From: Trichinella spiralis
Taxonomy: Eukaryota
NCBI RefSeq assembly: GCF_000181795.1
Contig: NW_003526943.1
Span: forward strand, 188,487-252,486
Direction of reading: 5' to 3'
Length of the DNA stretch: 64,000 bases
Positions within the stretch are counted from its first letter, which is position 1. The number at the start of each line of letters is the position of its first letter. Shown in pieces: positions 22,054 to 33,502 of this stretch. Below the pieces are notes generated by a model. The model ran no database searches. It saw nothing but the letters and a program-made list of their open reading frames with translations, and had not been told where the DNA came from. Both the position numbers and the translations under genes were made by a program.

Positions 22054-24207
22054 ATGGGCAACGCTCCTTCAGCAGATAAGCAAAAGCAATCAAACGCAGA
22101 GTCAGAAAAAATGAAAAAAAACAAAACAGGTAATGAATCAAACAAACGAAATAATCATGAACATGAAGCGATGTCAGAAATGACAAACGTCTGGCGGTTA
22201 TCTCGATGTTGTATTCAATGGCGTCAGACGCATGGTCAAGACAAAACGGTCATGAAATCTGAGTTGAGACTCAAAAGTAGAAACCAATCAGAGAAATGGT
22301 ACAGACACCATGTATCGAAAATAAGGAAGAACCAGAATATCTCGACTGCAAAAGTGAGACTGCCACTGCCAAAATCAAAAGAAATTATATCCAGACACGA
22401 ACACCTNCCATTCNAAAGCAAGAAAAAATTCGACCTAGTGGGATGAAATCACTGGTCAGAACAAACGAATGTCGGCGCGTTATACAATGTTGTATTCCAT
22501 AAAGCGCCTGATGATGGATCAGCCACAAGCGCCTTTGTCCACAGGTGNNANNNNNNNNNNNNNCNNNNNNNNATNGTNNANNNNNAGNNNNNNNNNNNNN
22601 ANNNNNNNNNNNTNNNNNNTNNNNNGNNNNNNGNNNNCNNNNNGNNNNNNNNNNNNNNCNNNNNNNNNNNNNNNNNNNNNNNANNNNNNNNNNNNNNNNG
22701 NNNNNTNNNNGAAATCACTGCAGAACAAACAAATGTCGGCGGTTATACAATGTTGTATTCAATAGCGCCTGATGATGATCAGCCAAAGCCCTTTGTACGC
22801 GTTGATCGCAAGATAGAAACATGTCAAATAGCAAATCAAGTAGATAACCAGGCACATATTGCTAAATTTCCTGAGAAGGTTGTACCCATTGAATTGCCTC
22901 TTGTGAAGGATGTGAATTTGCATGAAGTTCGAGTATCAGATCAGAAAGTGCAAAATGAAATCGAAACTGGTAAGTGATTTGCAGCCGTACGAAGGAAACA
23001 GAGTGAACTGAGTTTTATAGATGAAACCAATGCGGGAAATTATTCTGTAGATAAAGAAAGAGTTGTTGCGAATGCAGCTACTGGCATTCTGGATGCATTA
23101 GCGCCAGCAAAGTTAAATGATGGTAATTTACGCAAAACGAGTGTGCTTTTGTATACTTACCTTTTCAATTAGCCTTGGAATGTATCCATCTTGAAATGGA
23201 ACGAAAAGGAGCAGTTACTGGAGATCAAATTATTGAGTCGCCGCATGGGCTGAAAGTAGTAGCTGAACCTACAGGTCGTCGAGTAATGTTGATGCGAAAC
23301 GCAGAAAGAATTGATCGGACATTTCCTGAATGGATTGATGTTTCATTCAATGATAAGGTACTTTATATCATTAATAGTGATTTCATAATAATATATCACG
23401 ATAAATAATTTCATAATATAATAATATACTTTTTTTAGGGAAAATACAAATCATATGATTTGAATCAACCATTGGAAATTCCTATGCGCCAAGATGGGCA
23501 TGAAGCCTATCGTTTTGATTCTCCAATAACTGAACTAGGAAATATTACTGCAATGATGCTTGGGCGCGCAATGAAATTCAGAAAATATTTGCCATACAAA
23601 ATTTTTGTTTCTCCAGCATTTCGCTGTATTCAATCTTGCCACGGTTTTATGAAATCAGTAGAAGACCCCTTATTAAGTATGCAAATTGAACCAGCTCTTT
23701 TCGAATGGCTGGGATGGTATAAAACAATGCCAAGTTGGATGGAATTCAGCGATTTGTTGAAATCAAATTATAAAATCAACAGTACTTATAAACCTGTTGT
23801 TGAAGCTAGTGATATGAAACAGTATTTGAATGAAAGCGTAGTGAATTGCTATCAACGCTCGATCAATGCTTTTAGGCAAATATTAGAAAATAATAAAAGT
23901 AATAGTTGATTTATTTAAAAAATTATGTATAGTTATGTATATTGTTTGTTTAGAAGAGGGGAACATCTTGTTTGTTGTCCACAGTACGACTATTGATGCG
24001 ATTACACGGTTTTTAAATGGTAAGAATACTGGCAGTGTTTCTGAAGAAATGCTGAAATCAGTGGGGAAGAATTTTCCGTACAGTTCAGTGTTGATTTATG
24101 AAGAATTAGCAGATGGTACATGGAGGTTAATGCCTGATGCATTACCGTCTATTACTTACTTGGATGTCAGTAATCGTGTTAACATGGACTTTCTAAATCG
24201 AATGTGA
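22054..24207 (+). CDS. Histidine phosphatase superfamily (Sts/UBASH3-like, PGM fold) protein with long repetitive N-terminus; catalytic RHG changed to RNA
   Basis: RRVMLMRNAERIDRTFPEW, FDSPITELG, IFVSPAFRCIQS, IEPALFEW, ILFVVHSTTID, FPYSSV. Exons ~22054-22969, 23021-23123, 23173-23357, 23439-23899 and 23953-24207. The N-terminal exon has low-quality sequence (Ns and indels). Confidence 0.8.
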
Positions 24208-27007
24208 ACAACATTTTCGTTTTGTAACTTCATTTACTGTTTGATTACTTTTTAATTTCCTTTTTATTTTATTATAAATGCAATTGATGGTCATTGATTT
24301 TCCTTTTTATTGTAAAATATTATATTTTTCTACTTGTTAAACTTTTGATCTATAAATAAAATTATTTTTTAGTTTTGCATTATTCCGCTTACATTTTGAA
24401 TTTCAAATTTAAATAATTCATACTTTTACTTTTCTGTAACGATGCATTTTGTCATTTGTTAATATTAATAAACAGTTGCATTTTCGAGAAATTGTTATTT
24501 TAGTTGCATTGGATTGCTTCGTTGCATTTCACATTTGAATGCCATGGCGCTATTAAAGTTGATATTTTACTGCCATTGGTATTTTCATTTGTTTCATATT
24601 TCATATGATCTGAAAATTTTGCTCAATTGAAAATTGCTGTGAAAAGGTAAATGAAAAATTAGAATGTAATTTTTGTTGTATTGAGTAATCAAGCAGCATT
24701 TTTTGTTTGTGAAAACCGCATTTTAAATTGCTGCAAAGTTGTTAAATGACTGCGCATTTATGTATAATGTAATTTAAACGTAATTAAATAAATAATTTTT
24801 TATGTATGTATGTATGTATGTATGTATTTTATATTTGTGAAACGTTAGTGAATTAATTACTTAAAACTGCGCATTGTTGCATTTCTTTATTTTGTGTTTA
24901 AAATTTATAAATTTTCATAAATATATCAAGGTTTAAGAAAATGAACTGCACTTCTGTATAGCAAATATGGTTGCTTTGTTACAAAATGTTTTAAAAAAAA
25001 TCATATCATTAGAGCATATTCATTGTTGCTCACAGCTTGAAGTTCATTTACCCTGTTCACAGTGTCTGCAAATTGGAAGGGCTTTCAGTTTCCTGACCTT
25101 CTTAATTCCTGTTGGCAGATACAATTTTCAACAAATAATTTCTTATCACTTGAATATTTCAGAGAAATTACCACAAAGTCTGTATAATCAAAAGTACATA
25201 TAATTTTTACACACTATTAATTGGGAATGCTCATGTTGAGATTATTCGTTTGAGAAAGAACCTTTTTAAAGAAACTGACATTTCTTTCAGCTTCCTTATT
25301 AATTAGAATGCTCATTATGGAAAATTCTTTTTTAATTGTTTTTTCCAACAGTGTCGTGGTTTTAAAACAGGCGGTTCATTATTTATATAAAATTCCTCTT
25401 GATGAAAAAGCCGTTCATTTCAAAACGTAAGTTTCGTATAAATTTAGTTTTTCTGCTGATGTTTTTATCATTCTCTATCAGGAGTCAAAAATAATTACAC
25501 TCAGTAACTTTTTGCATTTTTTCTTATGTAAATTAATTTCCTTTCTTCAGCTGCTCAAATTATAACTGATTTATAAAGCAAAAGTTTATACTTGACTTAA
25601 AAGTTATGCATGTTTGGACGTGAAAATTTCATTTAACTTTATTAAATTCATAAAATTCTTTTTTATTATTTTATGATAAAATAGTAATTGAAAACTAAAA
25701 CTGAAATTGCTTTTTAAATAATTTATGCTAATTAAAAAAATAATATAAAGATTAAATTATTCGCTTATTCTACCATAAGTAGAAACTGTGCTGATGGTTT
25801 TTGTATTGTGTATTGCTTTTTTTAACAATTTTAGCTTATTGTTAGGAGTGAAATATTTTTTGCAAAAATGCAGTCAGATCTCACAGCTTTTGCCGTTAGA
25901 TTGAGTGAATATAGATGGCTTTTCAATTTTCGAAAAGCCGAGAGGCAGGCAGGCTGCGCTAATATGCGCATACGCTTCCGGTCAAAAACCTTCAGCTATA
26001 TATTCATTGCATTGGACTATTTTTCATTGAACAGCATGACTAGTTAGTGCAAGTTGACTTGCAACGCACTGCTCTTCGTGGCATTTTGCAATCAACCCAC
26101 GCCAAGATTTAATACTTTAATTTTAAAATTTCTTCCGTAAAACATCTGCAAACCAGACGAAATGTAAGCATAAAAAATGTTTTCTGTTCTAAAATTTATT
26201 CCTTTTTATTTGTGTTACTTTTTGTAAAATTTTCAACTAAACTTCTCTGTTTCAAAGAAGATCCAAATTCAATAATAAACATCATACAGATTGAACATTC
26301 CCAATGAACAAAAATATCTTTTTCTTTTGAAAACAAATTTCAAAAAATGAAATCAAATTTTATTAAACATTATGGAAAAGAATTAATTTATAACAATTGA
26401 AATAATGTTGAAAAGCATTTATCATTAATCAGATCTATGTTTTAGTTATTCATAAAATTGGTTTACATGTTACACTTTTATTGCTGTTGAACTGGTGAAA
26501 CAAAGTTTGCTTGTTTGTTTGGAAATTAATTCAAGCAAAAATAAAATATTCAAATAAGTCGAAATGAAAGTGAAGAATAAAATTCCAATGTTCCAATGTT
26601 GTTTCACATTTGTTTTGCTTGAATATAATTTATTAATTACAGTAGTCAGATATTTTTCACCAACTTGAAAGATTATATTTATAAGAGAGAAGAAGAAATT
26701 TATTTTGGAAAACTTTTTCGAATATAACTGATGGAAATGAGCGGAAAGGAAGAAGAAATTATGGTTGATCGTGTTTGTTGCAAGCTGTCACGTGTGGTTT
26801 TTCTTCTGCTTCAAGCAGCTGGCTGTTGCTTGCATTTTATTCTTTTTAGCTTCAACAGCAGCCGGTCTTTCTCAACTTCCAACAAGCGAACTGGTTAAAA
26901 TTAGCTTTCAACTACTTTAGTTATGTGTTGCATACGTCTGATAATAACAACCAGACATTTGCTTTCAAGCAACAACTGGTATTTAGCATAAAGCAACAGC
27001 AGCAGCT

Positions 27008-27093
27008 GAAAAAGAAGTAGAAGTAGAAGTAATAGTTAATAATAATAATAATAATAATAGTAGTAGTAGTAGTAGTAGTAGCAGCAGCAGCAG
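27008..27093. repeat. Compound microsatellite (AGAAGT)n-(AAT)n-(AGT)n-(AGC)n
   Basis: Direct reading of the sequence. Confidence 0.9.
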
Positions 27094-27548
27094 AAAGCAG
27101 TGGAAGAAGAGAAGGAAGAAAAGAGTTAATTCAGTGCGTGGTAGCTAGCAGTGGAAGTATAATATTAATAGTGTAGCAGCAGCTACTGCAGCAAAAGTGA
27201 TGCGTCTGTCATTCCAAGTGAAGAAAATTAAAGCTGCTTGCTTTGGGATTTAACGTCAGTCAGTGCTTCGTTTGTTGCTTGGTAAGCGGCCAGCTTGAAC
27301 AAGCTCAGCCGTCGTCGATTGCTTTTGCTATTTGATTCTCTCATTTTCTGCTTGTTGTTGTCATTGCATAAAAAACGTATTCTCTTCTCAACTGTGATTA
27401 CGTAGCTTCTTCTTCTTCTTCTTCATCATCATCATCAGCACCGTTGCAAGCCTACTACACTATTGCATCTTAAGTAGATCGAGATTTTCCAAATTTTCGT
27501 ACAGTTGGAATTTTCTGTAAGCAATTTTTGTTGTTCTCTGAACGAAAA

Positions 27549-29348
27549 ATGCCGCCGCAGTGTCCGCGTTGTAAAAAGCCGGTCTATGCGGCCGAGGAAC
27601 GAGTAGCCGGTGGTTATAAATATCACAGCGTCTGCTTTAAATGCTGTAAGCAGTTTTTCATTACCCAGCTTTGACCGCGTTCTGTTGCTCTTGTAGACGT
27701 TGCTGACCGTTGCGGACCAGAAGGGGGAAAATGCCCTTTAAGCCAATCGAAGTGCCCAAATGCCCCAAGTGCGGCAAGAGTGTATACGCGGCTGAGGAAA
27801 TGGTGGCCGGCGGTTACAAGTGGCACAAGTTCTGTTTCAAATGCTGTAAGCTTCAATCAATCTAGCACTCTCAGTTTCACTTCACTTTTCTATTTATGCA
27901 GTTTTGTTTTTCACTGCTAATACGGTTCACTGGCTTATTAATTAATTAACTACTGACAAAGGCCCGAAACTTAATAATAATCATAAACCACGTTCTAACG
28001 ATTTGGCTGACATTATTAATCATTTTTGCTTGAGATGCATCTTTTTCTGGGTTTGACGTTTTGGTTTGGGATTTTCTTTTATCTCATCATGTCTTTCTTC
28101 TTTTGAGGCGGCTTTTATAATAACATAGTTTCTCTGAATTAGTGTGCCACTTGCGCAACGAGGAGCAAGCGATTTTTTTTCTTTTTTTTTGTTTATAATA
28201 ATCTCATATTATTGTTATATAACGGCACTCAGATTCGAGTTTTGGCCACTTCCAGGCAATTTCTCCCTTCTGTTCCTGCTGTTCAGGTTGTGTGTGTTGG
28301 AACGCGTTTGTTTGTTTGTTTCAGCTTTTCATTCTATGCTTCTTTATCAAGCACAACTGCTCTTGTTGATCTTTTTGTTGATTCTTTCAATTGATAATAT
28401 CCCACTCATTTCATTTCGTGTCGTATTTAAATAATAAAAATAAAAGTTGAGGAGGTGTGTGTTGGTCAGAATGTGCTTGCTTTGCAGTTGCTTTTTTGCA
28501 CGGGCGTGAATTTATGCTTTGTTGTTTGTTAGTCATGTGTAACAGACTGCTCGACTCTGTCACCGTTGCCGAGCATTTGGACGAGTTATTTTGCAAACAG
28601 TGCTATGCAAGAAAATTCGGTCCCAAAGGGATTGGATTCGGTATTGGCGCCGGCGCATTGACAACGGACAAAGGTGAACGATTTGCAAACAAGCAGGGTT
28701 GAAATGACGTGAGCTTCATATACCACAAAGCACGCTTTTCTTCCACTCTGCCAGTTTCGTTTCTCCCTTCTCGTCCACTCTTCCCTTTGCATGCTTTTAA
28801 CACTGCTGCTTATGATGCTGATTGAAAAAAAAAATTTTTTTTTCTGCACTGAAAAATTAAATTTGCAAATTAAAATTGAAAGAAAATTTAAATGTCGGTT
28901 AGTTAATTCGTTAGTGTGGTGTTGGTTTAGCGATGTGCAACAAGCTGTTGGACTCGACAAGCGTGGCAGAGCATGGCGCAGAACTGTTTTGCAAAACTTG
29001 TCACGGTAGAAAGTATGGACCGAAAGGCGTCGGTTTTGGTTTGGGTGCAGGAACGCTGACCACCGACACAGGCGAACGATTTGGCAACGTCCATTCTGAA
29101 ATGTCGTGAGTTTTTCCACTACCCTTTTTATTTCACTCCTATCCCCTCTGTCTGTTTCCTTCATGTGCACAATTTATCTTCATATGTTTTCTTTAATATT
29201 ATGCATATTAAACCATGCATGCATTCGTGATTCATTGATACTGTATATTTTTGAAAAGTGAGTACAAATTTCATGTTGTTGTTTTTTCAGAAACCGTCCT
29301 CTGACCGCTGAAGCGTTCACCGCACCAGTGCAACCATCCCATCGATAA
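27549..29348 (+). CDS. mlp-1: Muscle LIM protein (MLP/CRP family) with alternative half-LIM exons
   Basis: Exon 1a 27549-27645: [32 protein letters not shown]. Exon 1b 27731-27845: [38 protein letters not shown]. Exon 2a 28533-28708: [30 protein letters not shown]. Exon 2b 28931-29105: [30 protein letters not shown]. Exon 3 29291-29348 ends in TAA. Confidence 0.9.
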
Positions 29349-30547
29349 AAGTCAACCAGTTAAATTCTCAATCGGGATTCTCTAAATCATATATATTATC
29401 TATTTATCAGTTATTTACAATATGGTTTTTTAGTTTTGCAGTTTGATCCCGTTGTGTTTCTTTGATTTATATTCCAACATAATTTCTTATTTTTAATTTC
29501 TGCCAGTGGTAAAAGAAACCTTATACATGGTTAGTGCTTTTCTTTAATATATTTAATATTTTTAATAATAATAAAAACTGCTTTGTACCACTGTTCTTTT
29601 TTTCCTTATTACCACTGGAAAAAATCTGAACCATTTGCTTCGTTCCACCTGCAAATGTTATTAATAAAATTTCAATGAATTAAAGGAAAAACTAAAAAAA
29701 GTGCACACAGAATTTTTTCATGTTGTGGAATGTAATGCAGTAATATATGTAATAAAGTTAGTACTGTTTGAGGGATAAAGCAAATGATAAATAGAATTGT
29801 TTAAACATTTAAGAATGCTAAAATACAAATATACAAATAGTGAGTGAGTGAAAAGTATTTCTTTTCTTTTAATGAAATTCAGTTGGTATTAAATGATGTT
29901 CATTATAATAAAAAACGATGAAAATAGACGACTGTCACTTCCAAAATGTACACGCTTAATTAAATATAACTAATGGATCAACTGCCTGATTATTGTCTGT
30001 GAAATGTGTTTCATAGTTGATCAAAAAATTTTATTTTCATTCACTTCATTTTAAAATACAATAGCCTCTGATTTTTTTATGAAAAACATATTTTAAAACA
30101 AATAAGAAAGAATATTTCCAAACAAAAGAAAAAGATTAACAATTCTGGTTGATGATAGGGTGTGTGTGTGTGTGTGTGTATGTGGCACCGGGAGACACGA
30201 GATACATGTCAAAGGCTCAGGCAATGAATGCTGATTTGTTCGCTTAATTATCTCAAATTAACAGCAAAGACAACGAAATCAATGCAAGAATAAGCAACCT
30301 GCGTAACAATGTAACAAGTATAAGTAATAATAAATAAGTAAGGTGAGCATTGGGCCTATATAATAATATGAAAAAGAAAAAAATTACCGAACAGGAAAAC
30401 TTTTTGAGAGAGACCAAAAAGAAACGCTTACAGAAAGAAAGTACCATCATGTTGTTGCAGTTGAGCAACAAACTTTTAACATGAGAAAAAAAGAACATAA
30501 TTGCTGATGTATTATTCCATTAGTGTTTGAAAAGGCAGTTAGTTAAT

Positions 30548-33502
30548 TCACCGTTGTTTCACAATTTCACCAAAAGTCCATTGCTGATTTAAATTCTGAG
30601 AATCACACGAAGCCATAATAACGCCTGTTGCATCATGATTCATTTCCAGGCACAAACCTGATATAACATGTGTTAAAGTTTTATCCTGAAAAACATAATA
30701 TACAACAATAAAAATGCACATCTTCACAGAATCTTCAAAAAATACTGATGATAAATTTAAAAAAAAAGAAAAGAAAATCAAGCAATGGATGAAATGATAT
30801 TTTGTAAAAAAAAATTTACCTTGAAATTATATTTCCATTCTTGATTTCCTTTCAAACCATGGCAGCCAGACAAAAATACTTTTTGACCCGCATAATCAAC
30901 GCACGATTCATCACGTCGAATTTCCCCCGTTGGACTCAGCATCCAGTACTGAATAAAATTTTTGAATTTTTTCTTATTTTTCAAATACAATTTCGATTTC
31001 GATCATCAATTTATCAAACATCGTTATGTACTACTGTAGCCTTTGGGGCAAAAAAATCAGCAATTTTTTTTACCTGATTGCCACCTTCTCCATGGCATGG
31101 ATACATCGAGATGGGCTTGTTGTGTTCTTTTCTTCCGGATGCAAAATCCAAACAGTGACGCTTATTTTGTCCCATGCATCGAATCTGGATTCAAAGTTTG
31201 CTTATATCAACATCAGTAACAAAAAGAATACAGTAAATCATATTGAACCCCAACCTCGCCTTTGGCTATGGAATTTCCAGGCACAAACAATTCCGGATAA
31301 ACGTTCTTTATGTACCATTCAAAGGAGGAACAATTCAACCGTTGACGCAACGCTATTCGATCGGATACATCTCCAAATTCGCCCTAAAGAGTAGAAACGG
31401 AAAAAAATTTTGAGAATTTCAAATTCGAATCCACATCATCAGTCAATGTGCAATAATAATAATAATAATAATAATAATGAATACAAGATTGAAGTTGATC
31501 CGTTCGTAGTAATAATTTTTATAATCGTCCAACCAAACTTCGGCCAGGCGAACAGTGTTACGCTTTACAACATTGACACCAGGCCTCCATTTATAAGGAG
31601 ATCGTTTGCGAAAAATATGACCCACATGACTGCAAGGAACAATCTCCAATTTACCACCACACATCCAAACCTTGAATAATTTTGAACAAAAAATTAAAGT
31701 AAATTTTAATTTTAAAAAATCATCAAAAGAATATAATACTTTGAAGGATAGTTCCAAATTTTCACCACCCCAAATATCAAAACCTGGGTCGTATGTTCCA
31801 AGATGTTGGAAATATTGTTTATCTATGGAAAACAATCCTCCAGCCATTGTCGGAGATCTGCAAACAACAACAACAACTGCATACAAAGAAGCAAAGGTTG
31901 AAATTGTGAAACTCACTCAACAGGTGCCGTAGGATCACTGCGGCTTTTGCGCACTCGTTCCGGTATTGGGTGCCAATTAAATTGCAAATTCCAATCAAAA
32001 CCACCAACATTTGTCATCCAGGACTTTCCGCAGTGATATTTGAACGTATCATCGTCTATTACATCAATTACAGGGCAAACAACATTACTCCAATTTTCCT
32101 TTATTCTGGACAACAACGGAGGAAGCCATCCTTGAACAGGCAACGACGACAATACATTACTAGCGGTATATAATGCACTTTTCTGTCTGTTGTACCTTCC
32201 AAACATTCGCAGTGTGAGTCGAGGAACGTGAGCACCGGTCCAATGGCTACTGCTGCGCCGCTCAATCTGGCACGAATCAAACCTTCACGTTTCTGCAAGC
32301 GAACAATTTTCACTATACCCAATCGATCCATATAAACATCCAGTTGATTCTTTAAATGTTCTAAAAATTATTGAAATTATAGAAATAAAATTTTTAAAAA
32401 GAAAATCATAATAATTAGGAAGATAGAACTATTTGAAAAGTTATATACATATATTTTTTTTAACATATCTCTCATTTTGTTCATCTATTTTCAAAGGGGC
32501 TAATTTCATCTGGTTGAAAAAATGTATGAAAATATCTCACCAGCGTCAGAGAAATCGTCGACAAGAATAATTTCTTGAAGCAAATTTGCCGGCGACCGGG
32601 ACAAAACGCTGTGCACAGTGCGAAGCAGAACACTCCACGCTTCGTTGTGAAAGCAAATGATAACCGACGTCTTTGGAAGGTTGTCATTGTATTGCTTTTT
32701 GTAACATCTAGAAGTTGAAGAATGGGGAAAAAAATGAAAATTTTAAACAAAAAAAATAAATAAATTACGATGCGTCGGGAACTTTTGGCAATTTCCTGTA
32801 TATGGATATTCGATCGGATACATACTGATTGAAGGCATTTTTCTGCCAACCGACGTCGTAAAGTGCCCTCTCTTTCGGCGGTAGGTCCTGAACACAGACA
32901 AAATTTGAAATAAAACCAAAAGGAAAAATAATTCCAATTATGATCATGCCAACCTCTTTCTTGATCACCACTGCGGTTCCATTTTCACCAGGCATATCAG
33001 GAGCATAGTTGTATATGTCGACAGCTTCAATGTGAAGCAACGACTGGGGCACGTCGATCACATTTTTCTGCATCGACTCGCCACCGAGTGGTTTTTTCCT
33101 CATTTTTTGAATCTGTTGCTTTTTCAAATTTAACGTTACAAAACGTGACTGCTTGATCCTAGCTGGCCATGAGCTGCTGCTTTGGGTCGGCTTTGGGGAG
33201 ACTGTTCTGATCATTTGATGCTGTTGCTGCTGCTGGTGGTAATCGACATTTGGCTTCTGCTCCAACTCTGTCATAGGACTACAGTAGAAGTTTTCAAATA
33301 AACAAATAAACAAGAAAACAATCCACAGAATCCCACTTATAAAGTTATACCTCGGCGGACCTTCGTTCAACCATGATTTTTCACTTTGACCAACCAAGCC
33401 CGAGCTGCGGTAGCTAATTGTGAACGCCAAAAACAACCAAAACGTGCACAAAGTTACGGCCAGCTTTATTAGCGCTGATCGCCGCCGACGAATAAAGTTC
33501 AT
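30548..33502 (-). CDS. Polypeptide N-acetylgalactosaminyltransferase (GALNT, gly-5-like) with C-terminal ricin-type lectin domain
   Basis: N-terminal TM anchor, [29 protein letters not shown] (DxH), [50 protein letters not shown]. About 11 exons; stop at 30548. Confidence 0.93.
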
